Origin: Berkelbacteria bacterium GW2011_GWE1_39_12
GTDB lineage: Bacteria > Patescibacteriota > UBA1384 > UBA12157
Assembly (NCBI GenBank): GCA_001029735.1
Contig: CP011213.1
Coordinates: 848,298-912,297 of the forward strand
Direction: 5' to 3'
Length of the DNA stretch: 64,000 nt
Shown: one piece after another, positions 28,371 through 37,593 of the stretch
Layout: every line of letters begins with the position of its first letter
How positions within the stretch are numbered: the stretch's first letter is position 1
Position numbers and translations under genes: made by a program
Notes under the pieces: generated by a model
The model's database searches: none
What the model was told of the DNA's origin: nothing
What the model saw: the letters and a program-made list of their open reading frames with translations, nothing else

Positions 28371-29216
28371 GTGGAGGGGATTTTGAATAATCCTGTTTTT
28401 GACGAGAACGATCTAAAAACATTTTTTAGTAGCAACGACACAGAAAAGAAAGATTCTGATTTTGTTGTTATGCAAAAAGAACCGGCAAAACAAAAACCGG
28501 TTGAGGTTGAATTAAAACTTGAAAATGACAATAAAGTCTTTCCAGTACCTCCGCCACCGCCACCTCCGGGCGCTTTAAGAAAAGTCGAAAACTCTTTCGT
28601 TGACAAACTAGAATTCAGACCTAAAAGCACTTTCCAAACAATCCTAAAATTTTTGGGTACTTTTGTATTAATTTTCATCATTTCTTTTACCATTATTAAT
28701 GGCGCTGCTCTAATACAAAAGATGAAATACTTTTATGCAACGGATTTTCGCAACCAATCATGGGCCGCAAATGCCACTATCCCGACAGCTTATTTGAATC
28801 AAAGTAGAATAATCATACCTAAAATTCATGTTGATGCTCCAATTAACTGGAATGTAAAAGAAGACGATATATTAAAGAGCCTCGAAAATGGCGTGGCTCA
28901 TTATCAAGATACCGCCAAACCAGGGCAAATCGGTAATATTTTCATAACCGGACACTCTTCTTACTACATCTGGTCAAAGGGCAGTTACAAAGACGTTTTT
29001 GCTTTGCTGGACAAACTTTCTGCCGGAGATAAGATTTATGTCCAATACAACGGAGCTAACTTCATTTATGAGGTGACAAACGCTCAAATCGTTAGTCCAA
29101 ATAATCTCACAGTATTAAATCCAACTAATGATAAAACTTTAAGTCTTATGACTTGTACGCCAGTTGGCACGAACTTAAAAAGATTGATTATCACTGCTAA
29201 ACAGGTAGCGAACTAG
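28371..29216 (+). CDS. Sortase family protein
   Basis: TM anchor, IPKI, L..GV.HY, GNIFITGHSS, LSLMTCTP.G...KR. Confidence 0.9.
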   Translation: MEGILNNPVFDENDLKTFFSSNDTEKKDSDFVVMQKEPAKQKPVEVELKLENDNKVFPVPPPPPPPGALRKVENSFVDKLEFRPKSTFQTILKFLGTFVLIFIISFTIINGAALIQKMKYFYATDFRNQSWAANATIPTAYLNQSRIIIPKIHVDAPINWNVKEDDILKSLENGVAHYQDTAKPGQIGNIFITGHSSYYIWSKGSYKDVFALLDKLSAGDKIYVQYNGANFIYEVTNAQIVSPNNLTVLNPTNDKTLSLMTCTPVGTNLKRLIITAKQVAN

Positions 29217-29219
29217 AAT

Positions 29220-29921
29220 TCATCTTATTTGAGCTTGATATACTTTATCTTTCAATATATATGAAAGAGTATTTGAGTTTATCGACATTATAATTGGCTC
29301 TATTGAGTCGAACTTAATTATTAAATTATCATTACTACCGTCGGGGAAAATCACGTGAATTCCATCGCTTAATTGAACTAAAAATTGACTTGCGGACGAA
29401 TCATATACAGCTGAAATTATTTCTTGACTAAATCTTGTAATAAGCTTGTCGTTCTGCCAAAGCTCATTTTTTATAATAGCAAATTGAGTAGTATCGACAA
29501 TATTATCACTTTTAATTTTATTTATAGTTTTTATATCACTAACTATTTCTTTAGGCTTTATATTTTGCTTGATCAAATTAATATCATTAACCATAACTGC
29601 TTGGCCACCATTTAACTGGAAAGATTTTTGATAGCTAAAGAAACCCTCTTTTTCTATTTTAACCGAGTAAGAGCCGGGGAAAAGTTGAGGAAATTTGGCT
29701 GGTAGTGTTACGGTTTTTTCTTTTCCATTAATCGTAACCTTAACCGGTTCTGTGCTACCATAAATTACGATCATACCGGTTTTTTCCACTTTAAAATTTT
29801 TATAGTTGAGATGATAACCGTTAGCAACGAGTACTAAAAGTGAAGCAAAAAAAATAAAGGAAGCTACTAGAACTATCCAAAATATACCAAAATAAAATTG
29901 TTTTCTTCCGACCTTTTTCAT
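29220..29921 (-). CDS. PEGA-domain membrane protein
   Basis: N-terminal TM, V.ING, L.PG.Y.VKIEKEGF. Confidence 0.75.
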   Translation of the reverse strand: MKKVGRKQFYFGIFWIVLVASFIFFASLLVLVANGYHLNYKNFKVEKTGMIVIYGSTEPVKVTINGKEKTVTLPAKFPQLFPGSYSVKIEKEGFFSYQKSFQLNGGQAVMVNDINLIKQNIKPKEIVSDIKTINKIKSDNIVDTTQFAIIKNELWQNDKLITRFSQEIISAVYDSSASQFLVQLSDGIHVIFPDGSNDNLIIKFDSIEPIIMSINSNTLSYILKDKVYQAQIR

Positions 29922-29998
29922 TTGTATCTCTGAGACTATTGTATTAAAATTAAATCGCAAAGTAAATCACGACTTGAAAAAGGACCATAAAAACACTT

Positions 29999-31255
29999 AT
30001 GTCTAAATTTATTATTAATCAATCAAAAAATTTGATGGGTGAAATCAAAGTAATGGGAGCGAAGAACGCAGCTCTCAAAATGATTGCGGCGTCTGTTTTG
30101 ATTCCCGACAAGATTACGTTAAATAACGTACCCGATATCGTTGATATCCAAAATTTGCTCAATATTTTAACGGAAAACGGCGCAGTAATTAAGAGAATCG
30201 ATCACACACTAGAAATTGACACCAAAAACCTCAGCGATCAAAATCCTAATCCTAAATTAGTTAAAAAAATGCGCGGATCAATTGTTTTAATCGGTCCGTA
30301 TTTATCGAGATTTGGCAAAATATCAATTCCTCAACCAGGCGGCTGTTTAATCGGCGCCCGACCTATCGATACTCACCTGAAAGCTTTTGAAGATGTGGGT
30401 GCAAATATTACTTGTAACAATGAGTTTAATCACCTTGAGCTTAAAGAAAATATGGGTGGCGATGTAAAATTAGCCGAAGCTTCTGTCACTGCCACAGAAA
30501 ATATCATCATGTCACAAGTAATTGGCACGCAAAAAACAGTTATTTCCAATGCTGCTACCGAGCCTCAAATCGTTGATCTGGCTAATTTTTTGATTAAGGC
30601 TGGTGCAGAAATTTATGGCGCCGGTACAAGAACAATCGAAATTAAAGGCGTTGAAAAACTGCATTCGCTCGAATATAATGTTATGCCTGATCCTTTTGAA
30701 ACAAGCACTTTTGTTTGTTTGGCAGTTGTTACAGATAGTGAGCTTAAAATTACTTCATGTGAACCTAATCATATGTATCCTTTCCTTGATATCATTAAAG
30801 AAATCGGCGTCAACTTCGAAATAGGTGATGATTTTATTTTTGTTAGAAAATTACGCGGCAAGTTGAAACCCACTAAAATTGTTGCCGATATTCATCCTGG
30901 CTTTTCCACTGATATGCAGGCGCCAATTGGCTTGGTCTTAACTCAGGCTGACGGCGAAAGCTACATCTACGAAAAACTTTTTGAAAATCGGCTTGGTTAC
31001 TTAAATGAATTAAAAAAAATGGGTGCTAAAGTCGAAATAGTTAATAGTCATGAGGCTAAAATATTTGGGCCGACTCCGCTGCATGGTGCAAAAATCGACA
31101 CTTTAGATTTGAGAGCCGGAGCGACCGTTGTCTTGGCAGGTCTTGCAGCAGATGGCGAAACGGAAATTTCCAATATTGAAATTATCGACAGAGGATACGA
31201 AAAAATAGAAGAACGATTAAAAGCCTTGGGCGCACAGATCGAGAGAGTTGAATAA
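29999..31255 (+). CDS. murA: UDP-N-acetylglucosamine 1-carboxyvinyltransferase
   Basis: GAKNAAL, PGGC.IGARPID.H, SVTATEN, PGF.TDMQ, DLRAGA, IDRGYE. Confidence 0.96.
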   Translation: MSKFIINQSKNLMGEIKVMGAKNAALKMIAASVLIPDKITLNNVPDIVDIQNLLNILTENGAVIKRIDHTLEIDTKNLSDQNPNPKLVKKMRGSIVLIGPYLSRFGKISIPQPGGCLIGARPIDTHLKAFEDVGANITCNNEFNHLELKENMGGDVKLAEASVTATENIIMSQVIGTQKTVISNAATEPQIVDLANFLIKAGAEIYGAGTRTIEIKGVEKLHSLEYNVMPDPFETSTFVCLAVVTDSELKITSCEPNHMYPFLDIIKEIGVNFEIGDDFIFVRKLRGKLKPTKIVADIHPGFSTDMQAPIGLVLTQADGESYIYEKLFENRLGYLNELKKMGAKVEIVNSHEAKIFGPTPLHGAKIDTLDLRAGATVVLAGLAADGETEISNIEIIDRGYEKIEERLKALGAQIERVE

Positions 31256-32262
31256 TGATTTTAAGAAGGCTAGGCATCGACCTTGGCACAACTAACGTCC
31301 TTATTTACGTCCCAGACAAAGGCATTGTAATTAACGAGCCTTGTGTTGTGGGACTTGATGCTTCAGATAACAAAGTTATGTCTATCGGCAATGAAGCTAA
31401 AGAAATGCTGGGCAGAACTCCTGAAAGCATTATTGCCGCTCATCCTTTAAAAGAAGGTGTTATTGCCAACTTTCAAATTACCAAGGCCATGCTGAAATAT
31501 TTTATTAACAAGCTTGGTGGTAGAGTTAGAATCTTTAAGCCAGAAGTGATGGTAGCAATTCCAGCCGGTGTAACTTCAACCGAAAAGCGTGCCGTTGTCG
31601 ATGCCTGTATCGCCGCGGGTGCCAAAAATGCTTATGTAATCAAAGAGCCGATTGCCGCCGCCTTGGGCGCGGGGATTCCCATCGCAGCCGCCTCTGGAAA
31701 CATGATTATTGATATTGGTGGAGGAACCTCGGAAATTGCCGTAATTGCGCTTGGCGATATTGTTGCTTCGTCTTCAGTCCGAGTCGGCGGAAATAAAATG
31801 GATCAAGCAATTGCCAGTTTTATTAGAAAAAAATATAACTTAGTTATTGGCGAGTCAACCGCAGAAAACATTAAAATTAAAATTGGTTCAGCCTTGCCGT
31901 TAAAAAAAGAATTAACCATGGAAGTTTCGGGCTGCAATACTATCACCGGGCTACCCGAAAGTGTCATGGTTTCTTCTTCAGATGTCGTTATTGGTATTAG
32001 AGAAGTATTAACCGAAATAATCGCGGCAGTAAAACAAGTACTTCAACACACACCGCCAGAATTAGCTTCTGATATTATGGATAAAGGAGTAGTTATGACC
32101 GGTGGGGGATCACAGCTTCGTAGCTTAGACAAAATGTTAACAAAAGTTATCGGCGTACCATGCCAAACCGCTGAAGATCCGGTTTTATGCGTAGCTAAAG
32201 GCACCGGCATCGCCGTTGAGAATTTGGAATCATTTAAAAAATCTGTTTTGTGGGCAAGATAG
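31255..32262 (+). CDS. mreB: Rod shape-determining protein MreB/Mbl
   Basis: GIDLGTTN, EP.AAALGAG, DIGGGTSE, MTGGGS. Confidence 0.95.
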   Translation: MILRRLGIDLGTTNVLIYVPDKGIVINEPCVVGLDASDNKVMSIGNEAKEMLGRTPESIIAAHPLKEGVIANFQITKAMLKYFINKLGGRVRIFKPEVMVAIPAGVTSTEKRAVVDACIAAGAKNAYVIKEPIAAALGAGIPIAAASGNMIIDIGGGTSEIAVIALGDIVASSSVRVGGNKMDQAIASFIRKKYNLVIGESTAENIKIKIGSALPLKKELTMEVSGCNTITGLPESVMVSSSDVVIGIREVLTEIIAAVKQVLQHTPPELASDIMDKGVVMTGGGSQLRSLDKMLTKVIGVPCQTAEDPVLCVAKGTGIAVENLESFKKSVLWAR

Positions 32263-32274
32263 AAAAGGATAACA

Positions 32275-33360
32275 TTGACTATTGGTATTGATACAAGCAG
32301 AGCGGTAAAAGAACATTTAACCGGGACAGAGTATTATTCAATTGAATTGATTAAGTCTTTTATGAAACTAGATAAAGAAGACCGGTTTTTATTGTATTCG
32401 CCAAAAGATCCTCGTCCGAACCTCGGACATTTGCCAGAAAATTTTCATACAAAAATAATGCCTTTCCCAAAATTTTGGAGTCAAGTTCGACTTTCAATTG
32501 AAATGCTTTCTAATAAACCTGATGTTCTGTTTGTCCCGGCACACTTAGTCCCGATTATTCATCCTAAAAATACCGTCACAACTATTCATGACCTTGGTTT
32601 TAAACATTTTCCAGAGTTATATCCAGCCAAAGAGCTTCTTTATCACAATTGGGGCATGAATTTTTCGGTAAAACACGCCAAAAAAATCATCACCGTTTCC
32701 GAATACACCAAGAAAGATCTACTTGAAACCTATAATATCGAACCGACCAAAATTGACGTTGTTTGGTCTGGCGTCGATTTAGAACGCTTTAAACCAGACG
32801 AAACTGTCAAAAAGAAACCATATATTCTGTTTATCGGCCGACTGGAAGAAAAAAAGAACATCGTAAATATGATCAAGGCCTATGCATTTTTACGCAAAGA
32901 GCAGCACGTAACACACCAATTAGTTTTAGCGGGCAGCCCTGGATTTGGTTATGAAAATATTCAGAAAGAGATTGAAGGCTTACCCGCTGAAATTCAAAAA
33001 GATATTATTCAAACGGGTTATATCAGCGAAGAAGAATACATTAAACGATTGCGCGAAGCGGATATTTTCTTGTTTTGCACTAATTTTGAAGGATTTGGCT
33101 TCCCAGTGATCGAGGCCATGGCTACTGGTACACCAGTTGTCGCTTCCAATGTAACATCGATTCCGGAAATTGCCGGTAATGCCGCCATGCTAGTTAATCC
33201 TAAAAAACCAATTGAAATTGGCGCTGCTTTAAGCAGACTAATAAATAACAAAGGATTAAAAAAATCTTTTATATTAAAAGGTCGTGTAAGATCAAAAATC
33301 TTTACTTGGGAACAAACTGGCCAGAAAACTCTAGAAATTATTAAAAAAGCATCACAGTAG
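32275..33360 (+). CDS. Glycosyltransferase family 4
   Basis: [28 protein letters not shown]. Confidence 0.92.
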   Translation: MTIGIDTSRAVKEHLTGTEYYSIELIKSFMKLDKEDRFLLYSPKDPRPNLGHLPENFHTKIMPFPKFWSQVRLSIEMLSNKPDVLFVPAHLVPIIHPKNTVTTIHDLGFKHFPELYPAKELLYHNWGMNFSVKHAKKIITVSEYTKKDLLETYNIEPTKIDVVWSGVDLERFKPDETVKKKPYILFIGRLEEKKNIVNMIKAYAFLRKEQHVTHQLVLAGSPGFGYENIQKEIEGLPAEIQKDIIQTGYISEEEYIKRLREADIFLFCTNFEGFGFPVIEAMATGTPVVASNVTSIPEIAGNAAMLVNPKKPIEIGAALSRLINNKGLKKSFILKGRVRSKIFTWEQTGQKTLEIIKKASQ

Positions 33361-33405
33361 AGTTATTTTGTATTCAAAAATAATTTCATATATAATCAAA
33401 TCAAG

Positions 33406-33528
33406 ATGAACATATTAGGTATTTACATGTCAACGAATGTACTTGCAGGCATTGGAATTACTGCTGTATTAGTTTTAGGGACAATTTTATTTTCACTTTC
33501 AAGAAGAAGTCGAAACCCTAATATTTAA
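33406..33528 (+). CDS. Small single-TM protein (40 aa, not in ORF track)
   Basis: MNILGIYMSTNVLAGIGITAVLVLGTILFSLSRRSRNPNI*; TATAAT about 10 nt upstream. Confidence 0.55.
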   Translation: MNILGIYMSTNVLAGIGITAVLVLGTILFSLSRRSRNPNI

Positions 33529-33538
33529 TGGGAGGAAC

Positions 33539-33694
33539 ATGAAAAAGATCGGAGATCTCCTGGTAGCTTTATCGGCCATAGCCGTAATCTTTTCGATTAT
33601 CGGTGCGTTTGGTAATGATATCTGGCTAGCCTCAACGCAGTGGATTTTAATCGCTGCCGTTTTAGGCATTTATGCTTTGTATTTCAAAAAATAA
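33539..33694 (+). CDS. Small 2-TM protein (51 aa, not in ORF track)
   Basis: GGAGG SD; MKKIGDLLVALSAIAVIFSIIGAFGNDIWLASTQWILIAAVLGIYALYFKK*. Confidence 0.75.
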   Translation: MKKIGDLLVALSAIAVIFSIIGAFGNDIWLASTQWILIAAVLGIYALYFKK

Positions 33695-33707
33695 AATGGA
33701 GGGGTAA

Positions 33708-34178
33708 ATGAAATTTCGCAAAATTTTATTCGTAGTTTTAGGAATCCTAGTTATTGCTGCAATCGTAACTGTGGTTTGGTCTTTGGTTCAGAATAAAAAT
33801 TTGAAGAATGAGCAGACAGCGATTCGAAATGTTAATGTTCAGTCACTAACATCGGATGATGAAAAAAAGGTTGGCACTATTATTTACGCCGGCGCTAAAA
33901 AAGATGGCGAAGTCGTCACAACAAATGGCAATCAAACTATTAATTTAACTTCAACTGACTCAGTTGACGGCGCTTTTAATATCTATTATCAGGATGTTCT
34001 AAACCGCTATAAGACTTATAGCGTCAACAAAAAAGAAGTTAGTAAGAGTGACGCATTAAACAAAATCTCTCGAGTTATTACTGTTAGCGGACAAACCGGA
34101 AAAATCACGATTACAGTTTGGGGCGACAATAAGGGTGTAACTCATATCCAAATTGTAACTACTTCTGACTTTAAGTAA
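33708..34178 (+). CDS. Hypothetical membrane-anchored/exported protein
   Basis: GGAGG SD, N-terminal signal/TM. Confidence 0.75.
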   Translation: MKFRKILFVVLGILVIAAIVTVVWSLVQNKNLKNEQTAIRNVNVQSLTSDDEKKVGTIIYAGAKKDGEVVTTNGNQTINLTSTDSVDGAFNIYYQDVLNRYKTYSVNKKEVSKSDALNKISRVITVSGQTGKITITVWGDNKGVTHIQIVTTSDFK

Positions 34179-34216
34179 TCATTGGAATACAAACCCTTTT
34201 CCCTTAGAATGACTCT

Positions 34217-34930
34217 ATGAAGAAAATCTTAGGCGTTGCAATTTCCGAATACTCTTTTTCAGAAGTGATGCAAAAAATCACTGGTTTTTTGCAATCCAAT
34301 AATTGTCATCTGATTGCGACAGTTAATCCGGAATTTGTGGTCGCGGCTCAGAAGGATGAAGAATTTAAAAATATCTTAAACAACGCCGATTTAAATGTGC
34401 CAGATGGTTTTGGCCTAAAATGTGCTGCCGTATGGAAGAGAATAAAGATAGGGGAGAGAATAACTGGTGTAGATTTAACCTGGGAGATGGCCAAGATTGC
34501 TTCAGAAAAAGGTTATTCAATTTATCTACTAGGCGGTAAAAAAGGCGTGGCAGAAATGACTGCCAGGAGATTAAGGTATCTCTACCATAATCTCAAAATT
34601 GCCGGTACGTATGCCGGTAGTCCTGAAGAAGAGGGGATTATTCAAAAAATTAACGATTCAAAAGTCGATATTTTATTAGTCGCCTTTGGCGCGCCAAAAC
34701 AAGAAAAGTTTATCGCGCAACATAAAAATGAGCTCCAATGTAAAGTAGCCATGGGCGTCGGCGGCACTTTTGATTATATTTCGGGCGCTTTACCGCGTGC
34801 GCCAAAATTCATGAGGGCTTTGGGACTAGAGTGGCTTTACAGATTATTCAAACAACCCTCAAGGATTGGCCGAATCTATAACGCCGTCATTAAATTTCCA
34901 ATATTAGTAGTTTTTTCTCGTTCTAAATAA
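34217..34930 (+). CDS. WecB/TagA/CpsF family glycosyltransferase (GT26)
   Basis: TVNPE, PDGFG, RITGVDL, G.PKQE, GVGGTFD, GLEWLYRL..QP.R. Confidence 0.92.
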   Translation: MKKILGVAISEYSFSEVMQKITGFLQSNNCHLIATVNPEFVVAAQKDEEFKNILNNADLNVPDGFGLKCAAVWKRIKIGERITGVDLTWEMAKIASEKGYSIYLLGGKKGVAEMTARRLRYLYHNLKIAGTYAGSPEEEGIIQKINDSKVDILLVAFGAPKQEKFIAQHKNELQCKVAMGVGGTFDYISGALPRAPKFMRALGLEWLYRLFKQPSRIGRIYNAVIKFPILVVFSRSK

Positions 34931-34933
34931 GTT

Positions 34934-35197
34934 CTAGCAATCTATGTCAGGCGAGACTTGGCCTGTTTTATAGCGCAAATAGATAGTGGTTATTAATCCA
35001 ATCAGTAATAATGCTGACATTATAATTAATATAATTTTATTTTTCCGTGTGAACGCATTTTCTTTTATCGCAATCTGTTCGACGATAAAAACGAGTGCAA
35101 TAACAATAGTTACAGATCCTAACCCCCAGCCAATCCAGTTAATTATCAACAGCCATAATGGCGGCGTAAATATGCATTTCATAGTTGTATTATTCAT
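34934..35197 (-). CDS. Hypothetical 2-TM protein
   Basis: AAGGAG SD; two hydrophobic helices. Confidence 0.6.
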   Translation of the reverse strand: MNNTTMKCIFTPPLWLLIINWIGWGLGSVTIVIALVFIVEQIAIKENAFTRKNKIILIIMSALLLIGLITTIYLRYKTGQVSPDIDC

Positions 35198-35277
35198 TAA
35201 GTCTCCTTGTTCAAATATATTTTACCATCTTTTTTGAGTTTTAAAAAACCGGGCAATTAACCCGGTTTGAGGAACTA

Positions 35278-36258
35278 TTAGCTCATGATGATCTCGGCCG
35301 CTCTCTTGAGGACGAGGATCTTTTCTGTGATGCGATCCGATGTCTCAAGCGCATTGAGATCGACAGCTATATCTTCCCGCTGAAGATCCTCGATCTCCGT
35401 CAACAGCTGGTTAATTGCCAGCTCACGGGTAAGGATTTGATTGGCAATGGCCTGCTTAGTATCCAGCGCCATTTGTGCATTAGTTGCCAAAGCTTCTGAC
35501 AGCTCAGCGATTCTACGATCAATTGAAGCAGTCGGTGATTCGACAACAACGACAGCCATTTCAACAACCGTTTCCGGCGGCTCCTCCACAGGAGCTTGTT
35601 CGGCTGGAGGTTCAACTGGAGCAGGCGGTTCGGTTGATTCAACCGGCGGCTCGACCGTATCGGTAGGAGCAGGCGGCACCACGTCTGTTTGCGTGGACTT
35701 GGCCGTCTTTGGCTTCTTAGGCAATTGGCTCGCCTTCACCGTCTTGATTTCGATTGGCGTGTCGCCGAAGAATGCAACGAGATCTATGACATCGCCGTTA
35801 CGATAGGCTTCGCCGTTGATTAAAACTTCGGCAGCATCTAGCCGGAGCTTGGCGTAATGCTTGATCAACTTATAACTGCTTCTAACATCGGGCTCATGCT
35901 CGATGAAGCCGCCCTTGCGCAGGTATGTCATGTAAACCGAAATGTTGCCTCGGGTCTTTTGTGTGATCACCATCAGAGCGTCCGTGTCGACCAGCCCGTA
36001 TTTATCGAACTTGAGCTGATTACCCAATGCACTGTAGAGCATAATACCAGTGGGAGTAATTTCATCCGTTACATCGTTTGGTAGCGGAGACAACGCCGGA
36101 TTTGATCCAGCGTCTGGAATGAACGGGGGAACACTCGGCCATATTGATCGGCTTGTGCTTTTCCACGGTGCCGATACCAACAATAGCCAAGACTGATACT
36201 TTGCTGTCATCAAATTCAACTGTGGTGACAGGTCCTCTGGAGACATTGTAACCTCCAT
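35278..36258 (-). CDS. Hypothetical protein (wHTH-like, Pro/Glu-rich linker, coiled coil); possibly the frameshifted C-terminus of the sigma gene
   Basis: ISVYMTYLRKGGFIE HTH-wing pattern, PPVESTEPPAPVEPP linker, heptad C-terminus; 197-nt same-strand overlap with the upstream ORF. Confidence 0.65.
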   Translation of the reverse strand: MEVTMSPEDLSPQLNLMTAKYQSWLLLVSAPWKSTSRSIWPSVPPFIPDAGSNPALSPLPNDVTDEITPTGIMLYSALGNQLKFDKYGLVDTDALMVITQKTRGNISVYMTYLRKGGFIEHEPDVRSSYKLIKHYAKLRLDAAEVLINGEAYRNGDVIDLVAFFGDTPIEIKTVKASQLPKKPKTAKSTQTDVVPPAPTDTVEPPVESTEPPAPVEPPAEQAPVEEPPETVVEMAVVVVESPTASIDRRIAELSEALATNAQMALDTKQAIANQILTRELAINQLLTEIEDLQREDIAVDLNALETSDRITEKILVLKRAAEIIMS

Positions 36259-37288
36259 GATGAATCACCAGGTCCTTTTCGATAAGTATCTCCAGACTAC
36301 CTGTCACATCATCAGGCCTCATCTTGCAGGCGTTTGCCGCTCTACTGATGGCTAGTAACACCACTTCAGACGAAGCGGTCAGTTGATAGATATGCGCTAA
36401 TAAGGTTAATGACTTAGCGCGAAGAACTGGTATCTCTCTGATTTCTGTCGATTCCACTACTTTTCCTACCCTTCCTTCCGGTTTTACCGGAATATCCGTC
36501 GATCGAACTACTTCATGATCTGAGTCATCTAGAAGTTCTTTCAGTCGTTTCAACGCTTTGTCTTGCAATCTGCTGACATGCATTTGACTGATACTGAGAA
36601 TTTCAGCCACTTCCGCTTGAGGTTTATCCTCAAAAAAACGGAGATAGATAATGCTCTTCTGGCGTTCATCAAGACATTCGATGGAGTGAAAAAGATCTCC
36701 GTAATTGTCTTGATTCGCAATACCAGGATCAAGTTCTCCCATGAATTCAGCGAGCGTTAAAGCAGTTGATTCACCATCGGAGCCCAGAGCGGTATCCAAC
36801 GATACTGTTTCGTAGGCGTTTCCCATCTCCATTGCAGCTAGAGTATCTTCTTCACTTGCGCCAACTGCTTCAGAAACTTCTTCAACCGTCGGCGCCCTTC
36901 CCAGACTCTGGCTAAGATTTTCGGAGACCTTGTTACAAGCCCAGTTCAGCTCCTTCAGTCGTCTTGGAACCTTTAAACTCCATTTTTTATCCCGAAAATG
37001 CCGTCTGATCTCTCCAACAATGGTAGGTGTTGCAAAGGTTGAAAATACAGTACCTCTTTCTGAGTCATATCTATCGACTGCGTGAATCAATCCTATCATT
37101 CCGACCTGGATCAAATCATCTAACGGCTCCCCCCGGTTCGCGAATTTTCCCGCTAAGAAACGAACAAGACTCTGATGCATCAAAACCAACCTGTCCCTAG
37201 TCCTCTGATCTCTGTTTTGTGCATAAGATCTCAACAATCTCTGTTCTTCCTCTTTGCGGTCTTGCAGGCAGCGATTTGCTTTCCTCAT
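36062..37288 (-). CDS. SigB/SigF/SigG-family RNA polymerase sigma factor with C-terminal extension
   Basis: DDLIQVG.IGL..AVDRYD.ERG..FSTFA.PTI.GEIRRHFRD, region 4 Q.EVAE.L.ISQMHVSRL; ~150 extra aa. Confidence 0.9.
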   Translation of the reverse strand: MRKANRCLQDRKEEEQRLLRSYAQNRDQRTRDRLVLMHQSLVRFLAGKFANRGEPLDDLIQVGMIGLIHAVDRYDSERGTVFSTFATPTIVGEIRRHFRDKKWSLKVPRRLKELNWACNKVSENLSQSLGRAPTVEEVSEAVGASEEDTLAAMEMGNAYETVSLDTALGSDGESTALTLAEFMGELDPGIANQDNYGDLFHSIECLDERQKSIIYLRFFEDKPQAEVAEILSISQMHVSRLQDKALKRLKELLDDSDHEVVRSTDIPVKPEGRVGKVVESTEIREIPVLRAKSLTLLAHIYQLTASSEVVLLAISRAANACKMRPDDVTGSLEILIEKDLVIHHGGYNVSRGPVTTVEFDDSKVSVLAIVGIGTVEKHKPINMAECSPVHSRRWIKSGVVSATKRCNG

Positions 37289-37444
37289 TTCTTTTCACCT
37301 GCTTTCCTTGAACCTATTTTTCAAACACCGATATTTTATCATTAAAATATTTTTTTGTAAAGATTATCAAGGCTGACATTGACATATTCGCGTTTTTTCG
37401 ATATAGTTGTAATTGAGATGGTAAGTTATTAAACTTACCTTTTT

Positions 37445-37514
37445 TTATATCCTAAGGATACAAGCTCCGCTTATACCCGAAGGATACAAACTTGATTTAT
37501 ATCCGAAGGATACT
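37445..37514. repeat. Three 18-nt palindromic repeats with 26-nt period upstream of nusA
   Basis: TTATATCCTAAGGATACA (37445), TTATACCCGAAGGATACA (37471), TTATATCCGAAGGATACT (37497). Confidence 0.85.
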
Positions 37515-37593
37515 AGCGATTTGACAAAATTTATCAATATAATACAATAAATGTAAAGTTAAGTTTACATTAGAGAATTAAAGGAGTCCCCAA

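Noticed and set aside
27897-28693. ORF-track entries 27897-28232, 28054-28269, 28219-28422 and 28313-28693 (poly-Gly)
   Set aside because: They overlap tRNA genes or are antisense to the sortase poly-Pro codons; shadow ORFs
37445-37514. Regularly spaced palindromic repeats as a mini-CRISPR
   Set aside because: Repeats are 18 nt and spacers only 8 nt, far too short, and there are no cas genes
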